From: Eledone cirrhosa | Lineage: Eukaryota | Assembly: GCA_964016885.1 (NCBI GenBank) | Contig: OZ024742.1 | Coordinates: 191,518,001-191,582,000, forward strand | Length of the DNA: 64,000 nucleotides | Direction: 5' to 3' | Part shown: positions 1 through 13,839 of the stretch, in pieces | How positions within the stretch are numbered: the stretch's first letter is position 1 | How the letters are laid out: every line of letters begins with the position of its first letter | Made by a program: the position numbers and the translations under genes | Notes under the pieces: generated by a model | The model's input: the letters and a program-made list of their open reading frames with translations, nothing else | The model's database searches: none | What the model was told of the DNA's origin: nothing

Positions 1-627
<627 letters not shown>

Positions 628-755
628 GGAAGTTATATTTAAATTGTTGGGTTACAACTAGTAAATATTTATAACTGATATAAAAGCACTCAACAAGTAT
701 TTGGAGTATATTTACGATATTAAATAAATGGAAACTATATTTATAAAACCATATT

Positions 756-821
756 TATTTCATTATATATATTTCAGGGATATCATATTAACAATATGTT
801 ATGCCTTCCTCAGACAAAATA
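756..821 (-). ncRNA. Type I hammerhead ribozyme (family A)
   Basis: Reverse complement reads TATTTTGT-CTGAGGA-AGG..CCT-GAAA-TATATA-TA-ATGAAATA. Confidence 0.85.
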
Positions 822-1115
822 CAATATAGACAGTTTTATAGATAAATAGATTTGACATACCGTTCAACATCGACTTGTATTTGAAAAAGTTGATTTGGCA
901 GTGAAAAAATGTAAACAGAAAGAAAACGAAGAAAGAGAAGAAAAAGAAGAAATGCATGCAACACAATAGAGAGATGGAAAGATAGATAAAGAGAAGAACT
1001 TCATGTAAAGAAACAGAGAGAGATATATATAGAGAGAGGAAATAGATAGAGATAGATATATATAGAGAGAAGTAGGTAGTTGGACATCCGTTGAATAAAC
1101 GTATCAATGATACAT

Positions 1116-1146
<31 letters not shown>

Positions 1147-1389
1147 GCTCTAGTATTAATGTAAGGGAGATATATGTGGTTAGGAGAGAAACCAGCTGTT
1201 ATATATAGAGAAAAATGAAAAGTAACCAGACATAGGCGAGGCATAAAAACACTATGTTTTAATGTAGAAGTATTAGTACGTATTAGTACGTATGCCTCGC
1301 CTATGTCTGGTTACTTTTCATTTTTCTCTCTATATAACAGCTGGTTTCTCTCCTAACCACATATATCTCCCTTACATTAATACTAGAGC

Positions 1390-1420
<31 letters not shown>

Positions 1421-1763
1421 ATGTATCATTGATACGTTTATTCAACGGATGTCCAACTACCTACTTCTCTCTATATATATCTATCTCTATCTATTTCCTC
1501 TCTCTATATATATCTCTCTCTCTTTCTTTACATGAAGTTCTTCTCTTTATCTATCTTTCCATCTCTCTATTGTGTTGCATGCATTTCTTCTTTTTCTTCT
1601 TTTTCTTCGTTTTCTTTCTTTCTTTTCTTTCTTTCCTTCTTTCTCTCTTTCTTTCTGTTTTCATTCTGTTTACAATTTTTTCACTGCCAAATCAACTTTT
1701 TCAAATACAAGTCGATGTTGAACGGTATGTCAAATCTATTTATCTATAAAACTGTCTATATTG

Positions 1764-1829
1764 TATTTTGTCTGAGGAAGGCATAACATATTGTTAATAT
1801 GATATCCCTGAAATATATATAATGAAATA
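1764..1829 (+). ncRNA. Type I hammerhead ribozyme (family A)
   Basis: Stem I TATTTTGT/ATGAAATA, core CTGAGGA (1772), stem II AGGCATAACATATT-GTT-AATATGATATCCCT, GAAA (1810), palindromic stem III, UA cleavage after 1821. Confidence 0.85.
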
Positions 1830-1869
1830 AATATGGTTTTATAAATATAGTTTCCATTTATTTAATATC

Positions 1870-1915
<46 letters not shown>

Positions 1916-2438
1916 CGAAGGAGTTGTGGTAAGGAACCAGGTGGACCATAACACACCAGATTACTTACTCAATACTTAGGGTAGTAGAGTGGGTAATAGG
2001 AAAATGTATGACCCGGCGGCAGAGCTCAAGGCGTTTCGACACCGTCCAGAAATAGCCGTCTAAACGGCTTGATCTCTGCCGTCTGTGTCATACATTTTCC
2101 CATATATATATATATACTATTTCTGAAGACAGCATATATATGTGTAGGTATGTATATTTCCTCTGATAGTCTGTAAAATGTTTACATAGATCTATATGAT
2201 ATACATACCAACACATACATATATATCCTATAAACGATCGTAAAATGATGAATTTTTTAATATAAGGAACTGTTTCTTTGTTTTTATTCATTGTTTTTTA
2301 TTAATTTATCTTGACTCTGTTTTCCTGTGATTTTCATCGAAAAAATGTTTGAATACATCTTCGCTTTACAGGATATTTGGATTACATTAAGTACTTCATA
2401 CGGATTGGACACCACCGTATATTTTGGTAGTTTTATCT

Positions 2439-2552
<114 letters not shown>

Positions 2553-2751
2553 AGTGAGAGAGAAAGAGTGAGAGAGAAGAGAGAAGAAAGAAATTCGTTT
2601 CCAAATATTAAAAACTGGAAAGATGTAGGTGAAAATGTTATATCAGCTCAAAATGCGATATTTATTGCAATAAACTGTACATAAAGTCTACATAGAATTT
2701 CCAAATATGCAAGTCTGTCCACACGTAGAGCAAACTATACGTTAAATTATA

Positions 2752-5700
2752 CTAGCTGACACACCCAGCTTCGCCCGGGTAAACAGATGATAAGAGACGA
2801 CAGGTAAAAGAGAAAATGACTGTATTGGATGTTTGACTGGTTACAGTATGAGGCGAGTCCGTGTTGTCTGTATGATACAAAAAAACAGTAACAAAATCTT
2901 CCGGATATACCAGATTCTTCGTTGTACGGTTTGTGCATAGTATATGAACAATTCTAGGTGCTCCCACCTAGAATAGTGACCTCTAGGAGATGGTTCATCT
3001 TCTGCCTGACTGTAAAATGTGTATCATTGCATAGACGTGGTTTTTCCACGTTTCTCAAAAGGGTTATGGAAGTACCAATATTTTATATTATATGTAGATA
3101 TAGATATAGATAATTAATATAAAAGATGTCCGTCAATGTAAAAAAAGGTCCCTATTTACTTGAAATGGTTTATACAAATGCCAAATTAATATGGATATGG
3201 ATAACATGCTTATCTATAAGTGGTCAGCTATAATAATAAAACAACAAATTATATGACACAAACATTTATTCAGTAATTTCCAGGTCTTAGCCACTGAGTA
3301 ATAGACAGTTAATATTGCCCAGAGTTCAACTCGGGGAGGTGGCCTGGTTTGAACTCCAAATGGCGGATCCTTCTACTTCGAAAATAGAATCGTTTTTCAA
3401 TATTACTCTAGCGCCGGCCGGCCATAGGCACCAAACCTTTTGCCAGACTCATGATGAGGTTTTATTACCACTGCAATCAGAAGCGATAAATATGAAGGCA
3501 ATTTCTACCAATACTTGTTGGTTTTTATTGCTCATTATCGACAATAAATGACATTGAACATAAATGATAACTCTGCTCACAATTCTGATGAAAGGGACCA
3601 ATGTCCGAATCATTTACGTCGCTTATTGATTGCATTAAAGATATGCATACATCAGCTGAAAGCGTCATTATAGACAATATTCAGGGTTGTTCCTCTGTTA
3701 GTGGTATCAATTGCAAATGTTATACCATCAGGATCGCACACTCGAGATGCAGCAACATACAGTTGCCCATGGCTGAATGTTCGATCAGTCAAGTAGACAC
3801 CGACTCGCTTGAAAGTCTGTCCCTGTGCCTTGTTGACAGTCATGGAGAAGGCCAAATTGACGGGAAACTGTCTCCTTTGCCAAATGAATGGCAGCAGATC
3901 TTCACTTTGTCTCAGCATGATCCTCGGAATGAGAACCGATTCCTCTCTGCCTTGGAGTTTAGCTTCTAAAACTCTTCCGTTAATCAATCTCTCAACAATT
4001 AATCTGGTATCATTGCAAAGACCCATTTTATGATTGAAATTCCTAAGCAATATAATCGGCATACCCTTTTTCAACCTCAAAATATGTGGGAGAAATCCGG
4101 GTATTTGAAGTGAATTCAGATACTCAGTCGGAACATCCGTATTGTTCTGCTGATTAAGCTCCATTGCATCCGCACTGACGGTCAACCATTCCTCTCCAGG
4201 AAACATTCCGACTACTTGTGAATTTATTCCATCGACCGTTGCATTCGTATGAGTTAGAATAACGCGTTCCGATATCCAGGAGATATTCTGCCAAAAAGCA
4301 TTCAAATTAGGGAACACCCAGTCAATAAATGCTTGGCGGTCCAGTGGCATGACCAAATGGTCTGGGATTCTTACAGTCTGATTATCACCAACGTGTGGAA
4401 ATTCATCGTTTCCCAACTGCATCAACCTCGGCCGTATGTTTCAGCCTCTTCGTTTTGCCCGAACATACGAAGTCGCATATTATCGTGTAATCGCAAAACT
4501 CTGAAATGGCGCCACAACGAAGACTTTTTCAGACATGCACCGACAGTTTACGCTCTTTGAGCATTCCTATCAATTGGTAGCACCTGTCTGAAATCGCCAC
4601 CAGGAACGATAGTTTTACCACCGAATGGCAGGTCACTACCGCATATATCTCTCAAAGTTCTGTCCAATGCCTCCAGCAAATATCTGTGTGCCATTGGAGC
4701 CTCGTCTCAAATAATCAGAGACGTATTGCGTATAAGGCCCGCGAGTTCACTTTGTCCTGTAATATTACAGACACTCAACTCATCCGGAGCCAATGGAGCC
4801 TTGAAGCATGAGTGGAAGGTCCTTCCACCACGCAGCAAAGTTGCAGCGAACCCACTGGTGGCCACAGGGAGAGCAATCTTCCTCTGAGCTCTGACTGCCG
4901 ATAACATAGTGTTGAAACAGAATGTCTTTCCGGTGCCTCCTGGAGCATCTATGAAAGCACAAAGTTGCTCATTAGTGGAAATCGAGTTGAGAACGTCATC
5001 GACCAATTCTCTCTGAGATTAGGTCAACATTGGTATACGTTCATCCACAATACGTTGCTGTTCCAGTGGATCAAACTGGAATAGTTCCTTCCGATCGAGT
5101 GGCAATCGTCTAAGCTGCAATATCATGTTCAATGCTAAGACACGTTGCCGCATTTCTTCATCAGGAATTGGCAAATTGAAATCTCTTAAACATTTCAAAT
5201 GAACTTCAATCAGTTGCTCAATATTGAGCAAAACAATAGCCTTCATCAAATTTTCATCATCGACCTGAAGATGATGCTTAAAATCATCAGCCATAATTCC
5301 CCAATGGCGTTCAAATAACTCTCTTGGATCGGCAGGATTGCAGAATCCTAGAATCGTGGCAAAGTTATTTGAGCTGGCATCGGTGTTGTTCCTGCAGCTT
5401 CCATGGCGTTATTCCATTCAGCGTCATCCTGAATGAGTCAGATGCTGACACACAGCCTGATATGTTTCATATTCCACGCCATTGATTGTTTTCAAATCAG
5501 CGAAGCTCTGTTTACCTCACAAAACGTCATTATCCAACAGAATTCGGAGATAAAACACATCACCAGATGCTGGATGAATATTACAAACCCGTCCAATAGT
5601 CATGAATCTCAACTTTTGTTTTCTATCATTCCATTTCTTTCCCTTCTTATCCCACGTATAGTGCGAAGGGAAATCGCAGTAGAGTTGCCTTTGATCCAGG

Positions 5701-8683
5701 TTCAAAGCATGTTCCCTATTATATTTGAACCACTCAGTCAATTCCGTCTTAGGAGGTGGTGCGTTAGCAATTCTTTCGAAACCGCTTCTAGTGTCCTGTA
5801 AACAGACCATTTGCATATTCTCTAAGTGAACCGTCAGTTTCTGAACGCTGGGTTTGCGTTCATTGAGATCAAAATCGAACAATCTCCACAAGCTTCGCTA
5901 GATCCAATCGAGCGAACATCCTGAAACTACCAACTTCATCTCCTTGGTTCGCTTCCTCATTCCTGACATTGATCATTGCCCGATCATGACTTTTGTAAAC
6001 ATATTTGAATAGATATTTGCAAGCTTTCACTGAGCTACAAATATCCACATTAATATGACAACGATATTTCATAATCATTGATTTGTAATCTGTCGGCCGT
6101 TTACATTTTCGACCAAACCGCCATCGGCAGGCGACCGTTTTCTATATGAGGGATGAGCGTCCCCATCGTTCCAGGAAGTGTTCGTGACAAAAGATTTCGG
6201 AAAGTGTTACTGCATTGGCCATTTATCATGCAAGGCGCTTTCCGATTTGCCACGCCGCATTGGTTATGCACCATTGATTTTGCCACCAAGTTGCGTAGTG
6301 CCTCATTCTCCGGCAGTTCAGCACACACAATGCTGTCGACATCCTCAGCACATCTCAATTTGCAATCTCTATGTAAAATGATCAGCAAATGTGCATGTGG
6401 CAATCCTCTTTTTGGGAATTCAATTACGTATGTAAAAGCAACTTTCCCTCCAAAGATTCCCTCTTTTTCCACATCATCCATTATCTTTTTCAGATATCCT
6501 TTGAATACTCTTGCCACAATATCAGGACGGTCCTTTGGCTGTTGTCCTGGCAAAAGTGCATCCTTAATATCAGTCCATTCAGGATTGCATGTAACCGTTA
6601 TAAACAAATCTGGCTTTCCAAACTTTCTGACAATAGACATTGCATCCTGATAGCGAATGTTCATATATATCGGTTCGCCGATGAACGACGATGGCAAAAT
6701 GATGCGTCAACCAATTTGCTTGTAATTGGCATCATCGGCTGTTATCGCATCCTGTATATTATTATACAATTCAGCTCTGATATGTTACTGATATGTAGCT
6801 ATATAATTTAGCCTTTGGTTTTAGATCATTGCAAATGCCATACAACAGTATTCCTGGAACAATCTGCTGACTTGAAATAATGCATTTCTCTGTTGATTCC
6901 TCTCGTTCAAATGGAACGCGTAAAAGTCGCGAATCGAATTATTGTGTCTATTGCCACCTCCCTGTTGATGCTGATTCTCATGATCATCTAAATGAACAGA
7001 CATGTTCCATCCATTTTCACCTTTTGGGAATAAAAGAACATAATGCAATGGATCGTATGCCCTATTTGACTCATTCCTAGTCTTGAGACCACCATCTCTG
7101 CGATTGAGGACGATATCTCTCGATCCAGGCTTATCGTCCATCAACACAGCAACTTCACAAAATCTTTCAGGGGCATTATATCGCCGTTCGTGTTGATTCC
7201 TTGGCACTGCGTCAGCCTTAATCACCAATGTTTGCTGCTGAACATTTTGCAGTTCAGCCACCAACATGAAATCCATAACATAAGGATTACACTGTCTAAG
7301 CCATGATTGCAAATCACGGATCAAATCACTTAACCTTTGCCGTTCAAGTTCAGTTATATTTCTCGGCAACTTCATCCAACCCATCCTGATATCCTCCTCC
7401 GATTCACTATAATCAGGATCGTTAACGTAAATTTGAGCGAATCGAGGCCTCTCTCCTGGGGTAAATTCTAAATTACCGATACAATGATACAAACGGCTTT
7501 GAATGACTACATTCGGTTGCCATGCTCCACTCTCAAACATCTCACTAACTCTCTGCGATGCTAAAGCTAATGAATTGTTAATTTGCCGCGAATATTTCCG
7601 CAGTAATCTACCTCGGTCTCCTTGATCACCCCACATACTTAGTATTTTAAACTCCGGTGACTCCTCATCATCCAGCATTCGAAAGGGTTCTAGTTAAACT
7701 GCTCCTTTATGACAGCACATTGTGGTCCACGTCTTTTCGTACCTCCAAAGCAATGCTCCACAATGTGGACCCTCTGCTCGTCCACCATCTGAAAATGACA
7801 CGGTTGCTATGATCCATTTTTAATATCATTCGTTCGCCTTCTAGCCTCTTTACTGGAATGAGGAGCACTTTGGCGACACATTCTCTGAACTTCTGTATTG
7901 CGCTGGCGCTGTTCAGCCAGCTCCTCTCCATCCATCGCAGCACGCCGTTGCTGCTGAATTCTGGCCATCTGCTGATGATGCTCAGCCAGTTCGTCTTCAA
8001 CCATCGCAGCATGCCGTCGCTGCTTGGCTCCAGTATTTCGTTGGCGTTGTTCAGGCAGCTCCTCTTCATTCATGGCGGGACGTCTTCGCCTCTGAAGTTC
8101 CCCGTTCCGATGGCGCTGTTCGGCCCGTTTTTCTTCACTGCTGGCTGCACGCTGTCGCCGCTGTAGTTCACTGTTTGATAAAGTCGAATTGCTTTTATTA
8201 TCACTTTTCATTTCGAACAATTGTCAAAAATTGACACAATAATAAATATAAAAGATGTTCGGCAATGTAAAGAAAGGTCCCTATTTCCTCCCTTCACAAC
8301 TCTGTATGTTAGACTGACAGACAGGCACACAGACAGATAAACTGCGTGGCGATTGTGGAACGCCACACACTTACACGCATGGAAACGCGCACACGCACGC
8401 AAACTTGCACACGCACACACTTACACATGTTGATAGTTTTTACATTCTGTGGAACGCTGCACGCACGCACATAAACATACGCGCAAGTAAATACACACGC
8501 ACACATGTTAATAGTTATTGAACACAGCGTTCACTCTCTCCCCTCTCACTCTCTCATTGGCATTATGCATATTAATTTCAGTTTGGCGTCGTTGAGGTGG
8601 GCGGAGTCGTTTCAAACCTACGAACCAATGATAATCGAGAATTATGACACAGAATAATGACGTTCTTGAAATTAATAAATAGA
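2752..8683 (-). mobile_element. Helitron, near full length, degenerate
   Basis: Minus strand: probable 5' A|TCTATTTATT at 8683, 3' hairpin CCCGGGCGAAGCTGGG then CTAG|T at 2752; Rep and helicase remnants inside. Confidence 0.9.
3652..8220 (-). pseudogene. Helitron RepHel (HUH Rep + PIF1-family helicase), frameshifted
   Basis: GKPDLFITVTCNP, VIEFPKRGLPHAH and KYLFKYVYK (Rep motifs); DAPGGTGKT, FSMTVNKAQGQT and FSHGQLYVAASRV (helicase motifs); split over about 8 ORFs. Confidence 0.93.
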
Positions 8684-8770
8684 TTACCAAACAAACGAAG
8701 CTATAAAAGGAACGAGCTTTAAGTTATAGAACTAAATAGAGTAAAGAAAAATATAATTGAATTCTTTAAA

Positions 8771-9049
8771 ATGTACGACCTTAAACTAGAAGTAGAAAGT
8801 GGTACCAAAATAGTTAATTTCCTTGATGTTACCTTTAACTTAAACTCTGGTTTTTGTTACCCTTTCCATAAGCCCAATGAAAACTTAATTTACGTTAGTT
8901 ATTACTATAATAACTCTAAGTCGCTGAAAAAAGCAATTGTAAATAGCGTACAAAAACGCATAAATAGAATATCTGCCAATAAATCAATATTTGAGGAAAA
9001 TGCAGGATATTACAATGATGCGCTAAAAAAGGTAGGTTATAAAAATAAT
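8771..9049 (+). pseudogene. PLE reverse transcriptase C-terminus/thumb, interrupted by a SINE
   Basis: KIVNFLDVTFNLNSG.CYPFHKPN...SVQKRINRISANKSIFEENAGYYNDALKKVGY. Confidence 0.8.
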
Positions 9050-9225
9050 TGTTTCTACTTTAGGCACAAGGCCAGCAATTACACACAGTGCATTACTGGT
9101 ACATTATTTTATCGACCCCGTAAGGCAAAGTCAACCTCGGCGGGATTTGACCTCAGATCGTAAAGGGACGTAACTATGCTGGAAAATGGCGTCCGACCCT
9201 CTACCGATACTGCCAATCCACCAAT
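9050..9225 (-). mobile_element. tRNA-derived SINE with 17-bp TSD
   Basis: A box TGGCAGTATCGG and B-box-like GGTCAAATCC on the minus strand; TSD TAGGTTATAAAAATAAT at 9033-9049 and 9226-9242. Confidence 0.9.
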
Positions 9226-9535
9226 TAGGTTATAAAAATAATATAGAATATATAGACAATAATAATCCAAGTTTTAATCCTGATAAAAATAATGGCATAT
9301 ATAAACGAAATTCTATAAATTCTAATAATTATAATTCAAACACCTGTACTGTGAATAAATCGGGGAAAGAACCAGAACTAAATCAGTTATATGGTCCCCC
9401 CCCCCTGCTTCTGTAGCAGTAAGAACACCAATAGCTAATCTATTTTTTAAAGCTTTAGACAGTTCATTTCCTAGTCAACATAAATACCATTCCATATTTA
9501 ATAGACACACAATTAAATTATCTTATTCTACAACT

Positions 9536-10087
9536 ATGAAAATGGCCCAAAACATCCCTAAAATAAACAGTATAATTCTAAATCAAAATCAACATAATGA
9601 TATTATTAATAATAGTGTTAATATAAATAATAATAAATCAAAATGTAATTGTAGAAATAAACCAGATTGCCCTCTGCAAAATAATTGTTTGGATAAAAAT
9701 TTGGTGTATAAATGCACCGTAAAAATAAATTACAACACATACAACTACATAGGAGCAACTTCTTCAACATTTAAATCGAGATTTGCGAATCACAAATGCT
9801 CATTCTCGAATTCTAATAGGAAGTCTTCGACTTCTTTATCACAGCTTATATGGTCATTAAAAGACAAAAATTTAAAATACTCGATCTTTTGGACGAAGCT
9901 TTGTAATAGTGGAGTTTATATCAACTCTTCAATATCAATTAACTACAGCCTCTGTACAAAGGAGACCCTATTAATAATTAATAATTATGAAAACTTAATT
10001 AACAAAAAAAGTGAATTATTCTCAAACTGCCTTCATAAAGCTTTGTCTACATTCCAATCCTCGCAAAAGGTCAGGAAAAAGCAGTAA
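9536..10087 (+). pseudogene. GIY-YIG endonuclease domain of the Naiad-type PLE
   Basis: CNCRNKPDCPL (CxCx5C), LVYKC..YIG.TS.TFKSRFANH, LCTKE, LINK.SE. Confidence 0.88.
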
Positions 10088-11403
10088 GCAATCAAGCCTG
10101 ATTTTCGACGTCTATCATCAACTGTTGAACATATGTCATAACGGTTTATAAAACTTTAATAATGCTTTATCTTCTAATCATTTATAATGGAATTAATGTT
10201 TGAATGAATGACACTTGTTTGATAACTTGTTTACTTGATAGATATGCATAACCTATGATTTTTTGGATATTTTTAACTTTGATTCAGATCTTTATTTTTC
10301 TGTCTCTCTTTTAAATATATAGTTTAGATATCTAACTTGTAAATTTACTGATTATAATTTGAACTGTGGATCATTCATGCGTTTGCATATTTTATATATA
10401 TATATATTTTACTCATTTTGAGATGGTTTTGGGGGACTCAGAAAGTTGGATTTGCACTTTGTTTTTTTTATGTATATTTAACAAACCATAATAGCTGACA
10501 AATATTGGTCTATCTCTCCACTGAACTGGAGGTAAAACTACAATTATAGCATTACTAACAATGATTATAATTATTAATCTTTATTATCATAATCGTAGTT
10601 ACATTTATAAATAATTTAAACACTCAAATGACATTATGTATTATTATAAGTGTTTGGTTTTCCCTGGAAGGTCGAATTTAGATAATCATTTACTTAATAC
10701 AATATATGAACAAATAATAAATTATAATCTTGGTATATTATGATCAATACATATATATAGTTGAACATTCCAACTATTTAACAATACATTCTTTAATAGT
10801 TATAACTATAAATATCTTATAAATTATATTATAGAAACTGTTGTCAATATTATAAGTAATTTTGGTAAAGATTACCTTCGTGGGGATATAAAACATTATA
10901 TATATATTTTTTCTTTCTTTCTCGGGTTTCGTAAATCTTTTAAATTTGTTTTCATAAAATTTGAATTTTAGAAATTTAACATAATTAATACAAATTAATT
11001 AATACAAATACCTTTTAACTTTTAAAACCTAAAATTTGATTCTTTACCCTGAAATAACATAAATTAAATATTTTGAAAATTAACCGCCAACCGCTATATA
11101 AGAATCTGTCTGTGTAGAAACTTGAACATAAATTACTCCCCTTTGTCTCTCTCTCTCTCTTTAATCATCTTTCATTTGTCTTCTCAAACTAAATACTAAA
11201 TAAGTTATCACAAAAATTCTATAACAGTTATATTGATGCCATGTATTTCTTAAAATATATTACTCACACTCTCTCTATTGTTTGTATTACGTTTTCTCAT
11301 GTTCTCAATATTAGGGTATAAATATTGAGTTTTGTCATAAGTTAATCACTACCTTGATTAAATCTTAACCATCTACCATGTCAGGGTATGTCATGTATCA
11401 TTT

Positions 11404-11470
11404 TATTTTATCTGATGAGGACGTACTGTTGAACTTAATTCAGTACCTCTGAAATATGTATAATAAAATA
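11404..11470 (+). ncRNA. Type I hammerhead ribozyme in PLE 3' pseudo-LTR
   Basis: TATTTTAT-CTGATGA-GGACGTACTG..CAGTACCTCT-GAAA-TATGTA-TA-ATAAAATA; perfect 8-bp stem I. Confidence 0.9.
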
Positions 11471-11510
11471 TAATTGATCACAAGAATGTCTATTTTGTTA
11501 ATATTTTAAA

Positions 11511-11570
<60 letters not shown>

Positions 11571-13839
11571 GGTGGGGGTGGGGGTGCGCGTGTATACTAT
11601 AATTATATAAATATACACACTTAAATACGTATATAACGCACGCACACACATACCTACAGGCAAATACACATATGTTCGCTAAACGTACGTCAACCAAAAC
11701 ACAAAGTATACATATACAACCCTACATACGTGCAAACCCGCATGTCTCTACAGTTGAGTAAACTGGAGCAACGCGAAATGATGTGTCTTGCTCAAGAACA
11801 CAGCCTCACGATTGTAAGTTCAACGCTCTAACTACTAAGCCATGCGCATACACCTGCGCGCGCACACGCACACACACATATATATATATATATTATATAT
11901 ACATATATATACATACACATATATATATATATATATATATATGGAATAGAATGAAACGAAATTTCACTTCTCACTCTTAGTACGGCACTTACTTAAATGT
12001 AAGTATGTATGTATACGTACATACATATATGTATACAGACGTACAGTAGTATGTATATATATACATACATGCACACATATATATATATATGCACGTATCG
12101 GTTTACCGATATATATATATACGCTCACAAGCTTTTTTCATATTTCTATTTTCCAATATCTATTAGAAATATTCGTTCATTCTATTTCACTACTTTGGTC
12201 ATAGGTACAATTTCCACTACTTTGGTCATAGGTACAATTTCTTTCCTTTATCTTTCCATATTATACAATCATTTTCCACGCTAGCTTCCGCTGTTCAGGA
12301 CTAAATTATTAAAACATTATCCTTAAAGTCATAAAATGTCCTATCATAACAAAATAACGTTGTTACTTCCTGTATTACTTGGTTATTATTGATTAAAGTA
12401 CGCTTTGTTCTTTTCTATATAAATATTTCTTTAACTCACTAACAAAACGCAGTCTCTTCCAGACATGCAAGCAAACATACATTTACATATAACTTTGCAT
12501 TCATTTCTTCATACTTGCATGGATAGAAATTGTCGGACCGACAATTGTTTACTTTGTTGTTGTTGTTATTTTCGTCGTTATATTCATCTTTTTGAGATCT
12601 TTTCACTCGCTTTTTGCCCACACCTTTTTCTTCTTTCGACCTTTTCCTCACGGATCCGTTCGCTCTTTTTTACCCCAATAATCTCCTCAATGACTATCAC
12701 ATGTCTGTACTAGTGCACTGTCCTAGCGTGCACAATATGTCTGATTCCACCTAATGGATATTTATGAGAAACACAGACAAAGCTCTGACAGCAATTCTTG
12801 TGAAATGTTTCAGGCTTCCACTTATTGCGAGAAACAACCGCATTCAACAACCACTCCAGGTCAGTTTCCTGATGTTATGATTAATGATGTGCAATCACAC
12901 ACTATGACGGATACATTTGCCGAAATTCTTGGACAATCAAGAAGTCGATGGATTTAGTCAACATTTGAACAACATGCCTTTTGTACATCATTACATTGAA
13001 TGGACGGCAAGAATACAGAGAATCGCGGAGGTATAGGCTTGGGTTTCTAGAATATTGCTGAACGTATTCTGCTACCTACCAACTGTAGAGCACTCAGTTA
13101 AATGACTTAATTTATAAGTGTAACAACAACGAACCCAGGATACGTTTCGTACAATTCGTGCAAGCATGGAGAAACGATTGTTAATCTCTAACATGAAATT
13201 AGAATAACAAAAAGAAAGAGATAAAGCTGGGAAAAATATATAGAATAAAGAAATTCTACCTTTGGTTGGGCTGTATATCACAGCTGTGCCCTGCGGATAA
13301 GATGGTGAAAACATTGTCGAGGAGAACAATCTTTTCTAGAGAAGAAAATAATCAATTAAACGCGGATAACTTGCACCCGTTTCCTTCTGCATACTGTTGT
13401 AATCTACCTGTTTCTATTTAAGTGACGTATAGCATGCTTTCGATATGGAAGCAGTCAAGAGCTGAGATGATATATTATCGCTTTACTCCCTCTCTCGTTG
13501 ATAGGAAGAAAACTCTATTGATTGCAGCTAATTCAAGTAGATAAAGAGAATATGCATTGGACAGATTTATCCTTTTCTCTGATTTATATATCTGTGAATA
13601 ATAATAATAATTACCCCGGGAGAGATAAAAAAACAATATATAACCAAAAGCCCTGAAACTACATATACACAGCATAGAGAAAATAGCAAAACAAGTAACT
13701 GCTCCCGTATCACGAAAGTACTCTCAATACATTAATAATAATAACTCCAAAAATAATACAATGCACATACGCAATGTACACAGTTTTGTTCGGTGATGCA
13801 GTAACAACGCATAACAATTACAATAATATAAATAATAAT

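Larger units (their letters stand above)
628..1872. mobile_element. Non-coding fold-back PLE pseudo-LTR element (HHR family A), arms 713-1245 / 1291-1872
   Basis: Near-perfect ~530-580 bp inverted repeat, one HHR per arm, (TA)n on both sides; 628-830 is homologous to 27553-27760. Confidence 0.8.
8690..11515 (+). mobile_element. 5'-truncated Penelope-like element, Naiad-type
   Basis: RT C-terminus (VNFLDVTFNL..YPFHKPN), linker, GIY-YIG ORF, long 3' UTR, terminal HHR, then (TA)n. Confidence 0.85.

Noticed and set aside
799-1786. Duplicated hydrophobic ORFs on opposite strands as a gene pair
   Set aside because: A by-product of the inverted repeat and CT-rich low complexity.
628-1872. Fold-back elements as MITEs with TIRs
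   Set aside because: Arm lengths vary between copies, ends are asymmetric, and each arm carries a PLE-type HHR.
9536-10300. Selenoprotein-type Naiad (in-frame UGA plus SECIS)
   Set aside because: The conserved Cys codons are TGT/TGC and I see no convincing SECIS hairpin in the 3' UTR.
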